From Candidatus Microgenomatus sp. (GTDB taxonomy: Bacteria; Patescibacteriota; Microgenomatia; UBA8517): a stretch of 64,000 bases of DNA. Each line of letters begins with the position of its first letter. Within the stretch, counting starts at the first letter, position 1. The position numbers were made by a program, and so were the translations under genes. The stretch is from positions 21,415-85,414 of the forward strand of contig DYGT01000003.1 of NCBI GenBank assembly GCA_020724555.1. The letters run 5' to 3'. Below the pieces are notes generated by a model. That model worked only from the letters and a program-made list of their open reading frames with translations. It did not search any database and had not been told where the DNA came from. Below are positions 28,604-38,363 of the stretch, one piece after another.

Positions 28604-29629
28604 ATGGCCTTAAGAGAAGTCGGCAGCAAAGACAAAAATTTAATAAATAAGCTCGCACCACACCCTTTGCAAACCTGGGAATGGGGAGAATTCAGAAAAG
28701 AATGGGGAAACGAAGTTACCCGCTTAGGAAGCTTTAACAAGAATAAATTAGAAAATGTATTTACAATTGTCAGTTCCCCCTTGCCAAAATCATATTTTAA
28801 AATAGCCACACTTATTAAATGTGAGAACCCCAGCAAAAACGAACTGAACGATCTTGTGGCTGAGGCTAAAAAAAGAAATTTTATTTTAATTAAAATTGAG
28901 CCATGGGAGCCGATTGAAAAAATTTCCAAAAGCGACTCCATTGCGCGGTTTAAAAACGCAGGTGCTATACCCGGAAAAACTTTATTTACGCCTACAACTT
29001 TTTGGCTCGACATTACCCCCAGCGAAGACAAAATTTTAGCCTCTTTCCACAAAAAAACCCGCTACAACATCCGTTTAGCACAAAAAAAAGGAGTAAAAAT
29101 AATTGAAGATAATTCTGACACTGCTTTTGAGCGCTACCTTACCCTTACCCGCGAAACAGTCAAGCGCCAAGGCTTTTATGCCCACACCGAGCGCTACCAC
29201 AGACTTATGTGGAAGCACCTCCATACCAATATGGTGAGTGCCAAAAAAAAGCCGATCGCCCGCCTTTTAACCGCTGTTTATCAAAAACAAATTATTACCA
29301 CCTGGATTCTGTTTCAATGGAAAGATTTTTTGTATTACCCGTATGGCGCGTCCACTCAAGAATACAAAAACGTAATGGCTAACAATTTAATGCTTTGGGA
29401 AGCAATCCGCCTGGGTAAAAAAGAAAAATTAAAAACATTTGACCTTTGGGGTAGGGAGCCGGGCAAAGGTTTTACTGATTTTAAACAAGGTTATAACCCT
29501 AAAGTGGTTGAATTTTTGGGAACTTGGGATTTGGTCACAAGTCCGCTATATTGGCCGTGGCGGGTTGTTGATAGCGCGCGCTGGCTATATTTACGCGGCA
29601 AATCCCGCTTCATCTCACCCAATTTTTAA
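28604..29629 (+). CDS. FemAB-family peptidoglycan bridge-forming aminoacyltransferase
   Basis: 341 aa. N-terminal PLQTWEWGEF (FemX/FemA QSYEWA-like), HKKTRYNIRLAQKKGV, and a two-GNAT-lobe architecture. Confidence 0.7.
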   Translation: MALREVGSKDKNLINKLAPHPLQTWEWGEFRKEWGNEVTRLGSFNKNKLENVFTIVSSPLPKSYFKIATLIKCENPSKNELNDLVAEAKKRNFILIKIEPWEPIEKISKSDSIARFKNAGAIPGKTLFTPTTFWLDITPSEDKILASFHKKTRYNIRLAQKKGVKIIEDNSDTAFERYLTLTRETVKRQGFYAHTERYHRLMWKHLHTNMVSAKKKPIARLLTAVYQKQIITTWILFQWKDFLYYPYGASTQEYKNVMANNLMLWEAIRLGKKEKLKTFDLWGREPGKGFTDFKQGYNPKVVEFLGTWDLVTSPLYWPWRVVDSARWLYLRGKSRFISPNF

Positions 29630-29631
29630 TC

Positions 29632-30459
29632 ATGGATATCCGCCAAAGCGATAATTACGCCAGATACCTTGAAAACACAGGCTGGGTAATTGAAAATATT
29701 AACGACGTTTATTATTTCATCCGCAAGTTTACCCCGCTCGGAAGCTTTATTAAAATCCAAAGGCCAAAAAAAATTGACCTTAATGCCATTAACAAACTGG
29801 TCAAAAAATACCGCGCCTTTCAAGTTCTAATCGAGCCGCTGGCAACTACTAACTACCAACTACTAACTACCAACTACGGTTTCAGGCCAGCAAGCCCTTA
29901 CTTGCCTTCTAAAACCTTAGAACTTGATCTCAAAAAATCCCAAATAAAGCTTTTAGAGCAGATGCGCAAGAACACCCGCTACGGCATCAAGCGCGCAGTA
30001 ACTTCTCTTAAAGCCAATCCCGATTTAGCTCTCTTTAGAACTAGCTGGAAAAGTGCGGTTGGTCTAAAAAGGTACGTGCCGTCAAGCAAAAATCTTGCCG
30101 CACTCAAAAATGCTTTTGGCAAAAACGTACTTTTTTTAATTGACCAAAATACAAATTCCGGCGCTATTTTTCTCTTAAGCGACAAAAAAGCTTATTACTA
30201 TCAAGCCTTTACGGATACCAAGGGAAGAAAAAATTTTGCCCAATATCAAATAGTCTGGCAAGGAATTTTGTGGGCGAAAAAAAATAAAGCCCGGGCGTTT
30301 GATTTTGAAGGCATTTATGACGCGCGTTTCCCTAATCCAAAATGGCTTGGATTTACCCATTTTAAGGCGGGATTTGGAGGAAGTGTGATTACCTATCCGG
30401 CAAGTTTAAAAAAATATTATTGGAAAAACTTGCTGATTAAAAAAAGCAGGGAAGTCTGA
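29632..30459 (+). CDS. second, divergent FemAB-family-like protein
   Basis: 275 aa, KNTRYGIKRAV is paralogous to the HKKTRYNIRLA segment of the upstream gene. Contains a 14-bp tandem repeat (about 2.5 copies) at 29844..29878. Confidence 0.55.
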   Translation: MDIRQSDNYARYLENTGWVIENINDVYYFIRKFTPLGSFIKIQRPKKIDLNAINKLVKKYRAFQVLIEPLATTNYQLLTTNYGFRPASPYLPSKTLELDLKKSQIKLLEQMRKNTRYGIKRAVTSLKANPDLALFRTSWKSAVGLKRYVPSSKNLAALKNAFGKNVLFLIDQNTNSGAIFLLSDKKAYYYQAFTDTKGRKNFAQYQIVWQGILWAKKNKARAFDFEGIYDARFPNPKWLGFTHFKAGFGGSVITYPASLKKYYWKNLLIKKSREV

Positions 30460-30485
30460 CGCTTGTAAGAAAATTTTTTGCCTAG

Positions 30486-30625
30486 GGGAGCACGGTATTT
30501 TGATACGGGCTCCCCCCGGACCTCTCGGCTGCATTTAATCAACCTTCCCCGCTGCTTTTCAGCTGAACCAGCACTGGTTCGCGGGTTGGATTGAGCCGAG
30601 AGAGAACTTTCGTCCTCTAAGCGCA
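30486..30625. ncRNA. candidate structured ncRNA of unknown family in a GC-rich island between convergent gene ends
   Basis: 7-bp GGGGAGC/GCUCCCC hairpin (30486..30516). Long-range helix CCUCUCGGCU (30521..30531) / AGCCGAGAGAG (30611..30621) enclosing CCCCGC/GCGGG, AAUCAACC/GGUUGgAUU and GAACCA-GCAC-UGGUUC helices. Local GC is about 55% against a background near 38%. Confidence 0.3.
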
Positions 30626-30649
30626 ATTATAGAAAGAATTTTATTTTTT

Positions 30650-33592
30650 TCAAGAGTGGATAGCATTTTGACGCGCTAAGTCTTCGCTGCAAAACATGGC
30701 ATATTCGCAATTATTCAGACAATAATAATGCCCAGAACAGGAAAAATCAGAAGATTCTATTTGCGCTTTTAGGCTAAACAGCTCATCTTCCAATTGTCTT
30801 AGTTGAACTTTTGTTCTGGTGGTTGTAATTTTTTTCTGCTCTTCAAAGTAATACAAGGACAGCTTGATTTGTTCGGGCTTTAGGCCCAAAAAGGGGGGCT
30901 CTTTTATTTTTGTTGCCGCCAGAGCGTATAGCGTGAGCTGCATATTTTTGTCCACGTCTTTCTGGCTAGGCACATTTTCTACGGTTTTATAATCAATAAT
31001 TTCAATGCCACCTTTTGTCTTATCCACCCGATCCATGGTGCCGCCAATTTTTAGCTGAATCTTCTTTTTACCCTCATTTTTAAGCAAAGGAATAACAAAA
31101 GGGTGCTCTAAAAGCAGCGGAAATTTATCTGGTTCAAAGCGTTTTTTAAAATATTGGGTCAGCATTTTTTCTGCGCTTTGGTAAACGGTTGTTTCATGGG
31201 TTTTACTTTGGTAACCAAGCCTAATCCAATTATCCTTAAGGCAGTCAATTATCAAACTTTGTGTAGGCTTAACCCCGGCTTTTACCGCGGCATAAAAATC
31301 TCTCAAGGCTGCATGCATACTGGAACCGAAACTCAGTTCTGCGGCAGGAGGGGTGGGAATATTTAAAATATACCTTAATTTGTAATGAAGCGGGCAAAGC
31401 TGAAAAGTGTTTATCTGTGAATATGATAAATAATGTACATGATGATGAGTAAGACTGTCTTTTCTCTCTTTTCTCTTTTTTAGCTTATGATTATTTTTAT
31501 AATCCACAAGACTGAGCTGTTGGCTTGCCACGCCCTCTTGGGAGACCACGTCACTGCCTAGTGCCTCAAAAATAAATTGGCTTAATTTCTTTTTGCGTTT
31601 TTCCTTACCATAATAATCAGAGGCAGTAAAATAAAGCCTATCTTTCGCCCTGGTCATCCCAACATAAAACAGCCGCCTTTCTTCCTGCAGCTGAAAATTA
31701 CCGGATGGTAAGGTTTCGGCAATTAGATCCACAGGAATAGGTAAAAGTTCTGACCGTGCCCGGGTGGGAAAGCGCTCGCTCACCAGGTTCACTAAAAAAA
31801 CAACCGGAAATTCAAGACCTTTGGCGGCATGAACAGTGAGAATGTTTACGGCATTAACCTGAGTCCAATCTTCCCCCGCGGTCAAAGGGGATTCGCCAAG
31901 CTCCAAAGATAGTTCAATCCAATCAACCACTGCAGCTACGCTTGCATCATCGTGTTGGACCTCGTAGCCTTTTAGTTTGTCAAACAAGCGCGAAATATTA
32001 TCCGCACTTTTTTGCACATTTGGAGTGTCCGGACGCAGCAAAGTTTTTAGATAACCGGTTTTGTCTAAAAAATCGTATAAAATCTGCCCTGCAGTTTCAT
32101 CTCTCATCTTTCTTAAGTGGGTATTTATTAAAGACAAAATTTCTTCTATTTTGTCTTTGGTACTTTTGCTGATTTTTATTTTGTCCAATTCCTCACAGGC
32201 TTCAAATAAAGTTAGATTGTATTTTTTAGAGTAACTTAATATGGCTGCCAAATCCCGCTCTTTTAAATTAAAATGCTTAAAGTTTAAAACCCTATAAAGG
32301 CTGAGCGAATCTTCAGGGTCATAAAGAACTTTTAAATATGAAATCAGATCCACTATTTCCGGTTCTTTAAAAAGTTTTCCCGGACCCAAAAACTGGTATG
32401 GTATGCCAAGCCTGTCAAAAGCTTTTAAAAAGCCGTCCGCGTGATTGTTGGCCCTTACTAAAATTGCAATGTCGCCATAATCATAACCGTTTTCTACTAA
32501 ATTTTGGATTTCCTGCCCCACATATTCTGACTCGTTTTCAAGCTTTTGTGCGTGTATAAACTGTATTGGCTCTCCTTTTTGTGTTTTTGCGGACGATATA
32601 AGCTTTTTATCAATATTTTCCACCACCTCAAGCCTATCCGGGTTGTTAAATCGGATCAGATTGTAGGCGTGGTCCAAAATAGTCTGAGTTGAGCGGTAAT
32701 TTTTGGTTAAAACCACCATTTTGCTTTCCGGGTAATCACGGCGAAATTGCAAAATGTTGGAAACGGCCGCACCGCGAAAACGGTATATGCTTTGGTCGTC
32801 GTCTCCCGTGGCCATAATATTCGCGCTACTGCCGGCAAGAATTTTTGCCAACTGATACTGGGAAAAATTAACATCCTGAAATTCATCTACTAAAACATAG
32901 CGGAATTGTTTTTGGTAGCGCGCCAGCACATTCGGACGGGTACGAAAAAGCTCTAAAGTTTTAACAATTAAATCACCAAAATCCATAACGCCTTCCGAGA
33001 TTTTAAGCTCTTCATAAGTCTTATATGCTTTTGCTAATTCAAGTATTTCCGCTGCTTCAGATTTCTCGCTTTCTCCATTAGTATTTTCCAAACTATTTGC
33101 ATAATCTAAATATTTTTTTACACTCACGTCTTCATCCTGCAGACGGGAAAAATGGGTGAGCATCGCCGAAATAAATTTGGTAGGATTTCCGCGCGGCCTG
33201 AAATAATCAAGCTCAAAATCATAGATATGTTGGCGGACCAGCTGGGTCGCTTCTGCCTCACTTGCAAGTTTAAAGCGGGGGTCAAGTCCGATGTGTAGCG
33301 CCTCCTCACGCAGTATTTGGTCACAAAAACTATGAAATGTCATAATCCACATATTGGTATAGCCGTAAGGCAGGGCAATATCTACCCGCTCTTCCATCTC
33401 GCGTGCGGCTTTTTCAGTAAAAGTCAAAGCCAATATTTCGTTTATGCTTACACTACCTTTCTCAATAAGTCTACAGACCCTCTCGGTTACTACGGTTGTT
33501 TTACCTGTGCCAGCTCCGGCAATCACAAGAAGCGGACCGCGGTCGTGTTCAATCGCTTTGATTTGCTCGGCGTTTAATTTTTTTGCAGCCAT
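30650..33592 (-). CDS. AddA/PcrA-like helicase-nuclease: UvrD-family SF1 helicase fused to a C-terminal PD-(D/E)xK (RecB/Cas4-like) nuclease with a 4-Cys cluster
   Basis: 980 aa. N-terminal helicase motifs (AGAGTGKTT, DEFQDVN, VGMTRAKD). C-terminal IIDYKT nuclease-core-like segment and CSGHYYCLNNCEYAMFC Fe-S cysteine cluster. Confidence 0.85.
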   Translation of the reverse strand: MAAKKLNAEQIKAIEHDRGPLLVIAGAGTGKTTVVTERVCRLIEKGSVSINEILALTFTEKAAREMEERVDIALPYGYTNMWIMTFHSFCDQILREEALHIGLDPRFKLASEAEATQLVRQHIYDFELDYFRPRGNPTKFISAMLTHFSRLQDEDVSVKKYLDYANSLENTNGESEKSEAAEILELAKAYKTYEELKISEGVMDFGDLIVKTLELFRTRPNVLARYQKQFRYVLVDEFQDVNFSQYQLAKILAGSSANIMATGDDDQSIYRFRGAAVSNILQFRRDYPESKMVVLTKNYRSTQTILDHAYNLIRFNNPDRLEVVENIDKKLISSAKTQKGEPIQFIHAQKLENESEYVGQEIQNLVENGYDYGDIAILVRANNHADGFLKAFDRLGIPYQFLGPGKLFKEPEIVDLISYLKVLYDPEDSLSLYRVLNFKHFNLKERDLAAILSYSKKYNLTLFEACEELDKIKISKSTKDKIEEILSLINTHLRKMRDETAGQILYDFLDKTGYLKTLLRPDTPNVQKSADNISRLFDKLKGYEVQHDDASVAAVVDWIELSLELGESPLTAGEDWTQVNAVNILTVHAAKGLEFPVVFLVNLVSERFPTRARSELLPIPVDLIAETLPSGNFQLQEERRLFYVGMTRAKDRLYFTASDYYGKEKRKKKLSQFIFEALGSDVVSQEGVASQQLSLVDYKNNHKLKKRKERKDSLTHHHVHYLSYSQINTFQLCPLHYKLRYILNIPTPPAAELSFGSSMHAALRDFYAAVKAGVKPTQSLIIDCLKDNWIRLGYQSKTHETTVYQSAEKMLTQYFKKRFEPDKFPLLLEHPFVIPLLKNEGKKKIQLKIGGTMDRVDKTKGGIEIIDYKTVENVPSQKDVDKNMQLTLYALAATKIKEPPFLGLKPEQIKLSLYYFEEQKKITTTRTKVQLRQLEDELFSLKAQIESSDFSCSGHYYCLNNCEYAMFCSEDLARQNAIHS

Positions 33593-33594
33593 TT

Positions 33595-34617
33595 TTAATC
33601 CTCAAGTTTTTTTGCTTCATCTTGCATTCCTTCCCCCAAGGTCTGCGTGGAATTTATTTTTTGGCCTAATTGGGAAAAAGCTGAGTAAACATTAGCCATC
33701 ATGTTATAGGCATTGTTTAAATGCCGCTGAAGCGTGGAAAGGCCATCTTCCACTCTGGCATAGTCCTTTTGAATAGCGCGGAGCGAAGACACCACTTCAC
33801 GCGCTTTTGCTTCGATTTTTTGTCCTTCAAAACTCATAAGAATGGCGCGCAAATAAGCATAAAAAGTGGTGGGGGAAACAGGAAGCACACGCCGGTCGGC
33901 TGCATATTCAAATAATTCAGTATCATTGACAATCTCGTAATATACCGCCTCCGACGGCACATACATCAAAGCGTAATCAATCGTCCCCTCATCCGTTAAA
34001 ATATATTTTTGCGATATGGCGCGGATGTGTCCGCGGACGTCGTTAATAAACTGACGCCTGATAACTTCTTTTTCTTTTTGCGTATCGCTTGCCGACATTT
34101 TTCGAAAATTCTCCATAGGAAACTTGGAGTCAATCGGGACGATCCCTGCACTGGTTTCTATGGCGGCATCCACTTTTTCACCGGAACGAAATGAATATTG
34201 CAGATGAAAACTTTGCTTGGGAAGCATTTGCTCTAAAAGCTCCTTTAGCACTTGCTCACCGATATTACCCCTTAACTTCGGGCTTTGTAAAAACTCCTGC
34301 AGATCCTTCATGCTGCGCCCGATTTCACTCATCTCGCCTATGTTTTTTTGAACGTCTGAAATTACCCGCGCCGCATTATCGAGCCTTTCGTTTAACACTT
34401 TAGTGGACTCGTGCATACGCTCATTAAAAGTTCTATTTTGTTCATCGAGACGCATATTGGTAGTTTTTAGATATTCCAAAAGTTCGTCTGAGGGTTTATT
34501 TTGGCCGGCCATCTCAGTGATTTTCTTATTAATCCATAAGAACAAGGCCACCACCCCGGCCACTAAAACAACTAATACAACTAATAGGGAATTATCCATT
34601 GGATCCCATTGTACCAA
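33595..34617 (-). CDS. rmuC: DNA recombination protein RmuC
   Basis: 340 aa. N-terminal TM, long coiled coil, and RmuC C-terminal nuclease-like domain (GIVPIDSKFPMENF...YALMYVPSEAVYYEI). Confidence 0.8.
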   Translation of the reverse strand: MVQWDPMDNSLLVVLVVLVAGVVALFLWINKKITEMAGQNKPSDELLEYLKTTNMRLDEQNRTFNERMHESTKVLNERLDNAARVISDVQKNIGEMSEIGRSMKDLQEFLQSPKLRGNIGEQVLKELLEQMLPKQSFHLQYSFRSGEKVDAAIETSAGIVPIDSKFPMENFRKMSASDTQKEKEVIRRQFINDVRGHIRAISQKYILTDEGTIDYALMYVPSEAVYYEIVNDTELFEYAADRRVLPVSPTTFYAYLRAILMSFEGQKIEAKAREVVSSLRAIQKDYARVEDGLSTLQRHLNNAYNMMANVYSAFSQLGQKINSTQTLGEGMQDEAKKLED

Positions 34618-34637
34618 GTCTTGAGTTACAATGAAAT

Positions 34638-34982
34638 ATGCCCAAAAAAAAGATAGTAAATAGACAAAAGGAAGTCAAACTCAGAAAAAATGTCTTTCCC
34701 GCGATAGTCTTGACAATAATATTTTGGTTTTTATTGGCATTTACTGTCCTGGCTATCCCTCCCACAAACAGTTTTGCTGTGCTTCTATTTTTTATTTTAA
34801 GCTTTTTAAGCATTTTTTTTACCGGTTCTTTATTACTGGGAAACTCAAGGCGTGGCTTACTGCTTTCAGGAGCTGTGGTTATTTTTTTATTCCTGCGCTA
34901 CTTGGGGATCGGAAATTTTATTAACTTTATTCTGATTTTTGCTTTAGCCATTATTTTGGAAATATACATCTCATCTACTTGA
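34638..34982 (+). CDS. small membrane protein (3-4 TM), hypothetical
   Basis: 114 aa, basic N-terminus then hydrophobic helices. Confidence 0.4.
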   Translation: MPKKKIVNRQKEVKLRKNVFPAIVLTIIFWFLLAFTVLAIPPTNSFAVLLFFILSFLSIFFTGSLLLGNSRRGLLLSGAVVIFLFLRYLGIGNFINFILIFALAIILEIYISST

Positions 34983-35054
34983 CGATTTGATATTGATTGT
35001 TATACTTCAATTAAATAAACTAGAAGATTGAATAAACTAGAAATAAATATAAAC

Positions 35055-35408
35055 ATGCGTGTTTCTAAACAAAACTTAAATAGATCGCTAAAAAAAGAAA
35101 TCGAGAACACCTTTATCCAACTCATTGCTGATTTAAATAATGAAAGCAAGGTTAAAGAATTTATGGGCGATTTTCTGACTCCGGCAGAAATGGAAACTTT
35201 TGCCAAAAGGCTGGCTATAGCTTACTGGCTTAAAAAGGGCAGAAGTTATGCCAATATCAGGGAAAACTTAAAAGTTAGCAGCGCTACTATAGCAACTGTG
35301 CAAAATATGATGGTTAACACCGGTTTCCAAAAAGGCCTTAAAGAAGTGGAAGCAGACGAATGGGCAAACCTTTGGGAACAAAAAATTAAAAAATTTGTCG
35401 GCAAATAA
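35055..35408 (+). CDS. TrpR/YerC/YecD-family helix-turn-helix DNA-binding protein
   Basis: LTPAEMETFAKRLAIAYWLKKGRSYANIRENLKVSSATIATV matches the Trp-repressor-like HTH core. ATG at 35055 preferred over the TTG at 35028. Confidence 0.55.
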   Translation: MRVSKQNLNRSLKKEIENTFIQLIADLNNESKVKEFMGDFLTPAEMETFAKRLAIAYWLKKGRSYANIRENLKVSSATIATVQNMMVNTGFQKGLKEVEADEWANLWEQKIKKFVGK

Positions 35409-35462
35409 CATTATAACTATTTGCCAAGATAATATTGGTCCATTTTTGCTAAAATACTTCAT

Positions 35463-36869
35463 ATGGAGAAAAATTTTTATATTACAACCACACTACCTTA
35501 CGTCAATGCAGATCCGCATCTTGGCTTTGCCTTAGAAATCGTCCAGGCGGATGTTATTGCCCGTTATCACAGATTAATCGGAGACAAAGTGATTTTTAAC
35601 TTTGGCACGGATGAACACGGCCAAAAAATATACCAAAAAGCACGAGAGGAAAACAAAAACCCCAAAGATTATGTCGACGAATACGCCGCAAAATTTAATA
35701 AGCTTAAAAAAGCCCTTAACTTAAGCTACACCAATTTTATTAGGACAACGGATGAAAGCCATATAAAAGCGGCACAAAAATTTTGGGAAATATGCAAAAA
35801 AAACGGAGATATCTATAAAAAAAACTATAAAACCAAATACTGCGTCGGGTGCGAGCTTGAAAAAACCGATTCAGAACTCGTTGGGGGAAAGTGCCCTCTG
35901 CATCCAAATATAGAGCTTGAAATTATAGAGGAAAAAAATTATTTCTTTCGCTTTTCCAAATACCAAGATAAACTTTTAAAATTTTATGAATCTCACCCGG
36001 ATTTTGTGGTTCCGGGCTTTCGCTTTAAGGAAATAAAACAATTTGTTGAAAAAGGCCTGAAAGATTTCAGTATTTCACGGCTCAAAGAAAAAATGCCGTG
36101 GGGAATAGATGTACCGGATGATCCGGACCAGGTGATGTATGTTTGGTTTGATGCTTTAATTAATTATATTTCCACCCTGGGGTGGCCGGAAAAAAATATT
36201 GATGATTATTGGCCCGGTATTCAACTATGCGGCAAAGACAACCTCCGGCAGCAAACAGCCATTTGGCAGGCGATGCTTATGTCCGCAAATATCGCCAATA
36301 CCAAGCAGGTGTTTGTCCACGGCTTTATCTCCCTGAACGGACAAAAAATGAGTAAAACCACGGGAAACGTAATTTACCCGGATAACTTAACAGAAAAGTA
36401 TGGAACGGATTCAGTCCGCTATTATCTTCTGGCACACGTCCACCCGATAGAAGACTCAGACTTTACCATGGAAAAATTTGAAAAAGCATACACCGCCGAC
36501 CTTGCAAACGGCTTGGGGAACCTCGTTTCCCGGGTAACAGCTATGGCGCAAAATTACAAAATATCCAGCAAAAACCCCACCCAATTGACTAAAAAGGTAG
36601 AAAATAATTTAAAAAAATACCGTTTCGATAAAGCCTTAAACAATATTTGGGATAATATTAGTGCGTCAGATAGTTTAATTAATAAAACTGAGGTTTGGAG
36701 TCTAAAAGAAGATAAAAAAATTACCATACTAACCGATTTAATTAATCAAATTAGGCAAATATCTTACGATCTTACCCCTTTTTTGCCGGATACTGCTGAA
36801 TTCATTAACAAACAATTGTCATCACCAAAGATAAGAAAAAACAAACCACTGTTTCCCCGCTTAAATTAA
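35463..36869 (+). CDS. metG: methionyl-tRNA synthetase (short form, 468 aa)
   Basis: Class I aaRS signatures PHLGFA (HIGH-like) and KMSKTTGN. GTDEHGQKI and the insertion pattern are typical of MetRS. Confidence 0.9.
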   Translation: MEKNFYITTTLPYVNADPHLGFALEIVQADVIARYHRLIGDKVIFNFGTDEHGQKIYQKAREENKNPKDYVDEYAAKFNKLKKALNLSYTNFIRTTDESHIKAAQKFWEICKKNGDIYKKNYKTKYCVGCELEKTDSELVGGKCPLHPNIELEIIEEKNYFFRFSKYQDKLLKFYESHPDFVVPGFRFKEIKQFVEKGLKDFSISRLKEKMPWGIDVPDDPDQVMYVWFDALINYISTLGWPEKNIDDYWPGIQLCGKDNLRQQTAIWQAMLMSANIANTKQVFVHGFISLNGQKMSKTTGNVIYPDNLTEKYGTDSVRYYLLAHVHPIEDSDFTMEKFEKAYTADLANGLGNLVSRVTAMAQNYKISSKNPTQLTKKVENNLKKYRFDKALNNIWDNISASDSLINKTEVWSLKEDKKITILTDLINQIRQISYDLTPFLPDTAEFINKQLSSPKIRKNKPLFPRLN

Positions 36870-38363
36870 ATGCTTAAAAAATTTTTAATCAAACACGAAA
36901 AAAAGGCGCTTCGGTTTTTTGAAATTTTACCTGGGTTAATATCCTGGAACCTAATTCTTTTCCCTTACTGGGGGATATTTGTTATACCTAATATAGTTGC
37001 TTACTTTATACTTATATTTAATGCCTATTGGTTTTACCAGGCATTTGGCATAGCATTCACCTCCGTTTTATCGCACATGCGTATCCAAGCTTCCATGCAT
37101 TACGATTGGATGGGGGACCTTAAAAAATTTCCGGATTGGCAAAAGGTGCACCACGTTGTCATAATTCCAACCTACAAAGAACCTCTTTACATCCTTAAGC
37201 GTACAGTGGCATCGCTCGCCGCCCAAGAACTTCCTGGAAAACAAATAACCGTCGTCTTGGCTACAGAATTTAAAGAGGATAAAAAAGAGCGGGAAAAGAA
37301 AGCCCGGGCGCTTCAAAAAAAATATGGTGACAAATTCGCTAATTTTATCATTACTGTTCATAAACTAGCCCCGGGTGAGGCGGTCGGTAAATCTTCAAAC
37401 GAGCGTTATGCTGCCCTTGAGGCTAAACGCATTTTAATTACCGAGGGCAAAATGAACATCAATTACATGACCGTAACAAGTTGTGACGCAGACCACGTAT
37501 TTCACCCTAAACACTATTCGTCCCTTACTTTTAAATTTTTAGACAACCCAGACCGCTACCGTTATTTTTGGCAACCGGCCGTACTTTTGTACAACAACAT
37601 CTGGAAGCTGCCTGCCATCACCAGAGTTCCCAACACTCTTGCTTCTATTTTTATCCTATCCATGCTACCCCGGCGTGACCGTTTAATTAACCAGCAAAAC
37701 TACACTTTATCGTTTAAACTATTGGATAAAACAGGCTACTGGGATCCGGACAGAATTCCCGAGGACTGGGGTATTTTTTTCAAAGCCTTTTTTGCCAATA
37801 AAGGCAAAATTGAGGTGGAACCGATTTATCTTCCGCTCTACGCCGACGCCATGCAATCCACGAGCCATTGGCGGACATTAAAGGGGCAATATTCCCAGGT
37901 AAAACGTTGGGCCTGGGGAGTATCTGATTCGTCTTGGATTATTTACAATTATTTAATCACTCCCGGGATATCCTTTTGGGATAAAACTACCCGCGTAAGC
38001 ACTTTTATTCACGGCCATTTCCTATGGCCGGTGCATTGGTTTGTGATCACAATAGGAATAAGCTTACCCATCATCATTAACCCCGCTTTTGGGAGAACCA
38101 CTCTGGGATACTTAACGCCAAAAATCTCTTCGCTTATTTTGACCATTGCTTTGGTATTTTTAGTTGTGATGTTGATCTTAGATTACATTTATAAACCAAA
38201 GCGCCCCAAAGATTTTCCTCTCTGGCGGGCGCTTTTGGTACCTTTGGAATTTGTTCTCATGCCGGTGGCTACATTCTTTTTTACCACTCTTCCCGGCCTT
38301 GACGCCCACACCCGCTTGATGCTAGGCAAATACATCGAATACAAAGTTACGGAGAAAGTTTAA
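36870..38363 (+). CDS. processive GT2-family beta-glycan synthase (CesA/BcsA/PgaC-like), integral membrane
   Basis: VIIPTYKEP, DxD (TSCDADHV) and QxxRW (QVKRWAWG) motifs, flanked by TM helices at both ends. Starts at the nucleotide after the metG stop. Confidence 0.85.
   Translation: MLKKFLIKHEKKALRFFEILPGLISWNLILFPYWGIFVIPNIVAYFILIFNAYWFYQAFGIAFTSVLSHMRIQASMHYDWMGDLKKFPDWQKVHHVVIIPTYKEPLYILKRTVASLAAQELPGKQITVVLATEFKEDKKEREKKARALQKKYGDKFANFIITVHKLAPGEAVGKSSNERYAALEAKRILITEGKMNINYMTVTSCDADHVFHPKHYSSLTFKFLDNPDRYRYFWQPAVLLYNNIWKLPAITRVPNTLASIFILSMLPRRDRLINQQNYTLSFKLLDKTGYWDPDRIPEDWGIFFKAFFANKGKIEVEPIYLPLYADAMQSTSHWRTLKGQYSQVKRWAWGVSDSSWIIYNYLITPGISFWDKTTRVSTFIHGHFLWPVHWFVITIGISLPIIINPAFGRTTLGYLTPKISSLILTIALVFLVVMLILDYIYKPKRPKDFPLWRALLVPLEFVLMPVATFFFTTLPGLDAHTRLMLGKYIEYKVTEKV

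Noticed and set aside
30486-30516. Hairpin GGGGAGCACGGUAU-UUUG-AUACGGGCUCCCC as a group II intron domain V
   Set aside because: There is a superficial AGC-containing stem. It has no GNRA loop, no flanking intron domains or IEP ORF, and the element is only about 140 nt.
30483-30640. Assigning the structured element to SRP RNA or 6S RNA
   Set aside because: The conserved domain IV core (GGAA tetraloop with the AGCAGC 3' strand in the right geometry) is not present on either strand. Loops are GCAC/UUUG. 6S resemblance is too vague to call without covariance models.
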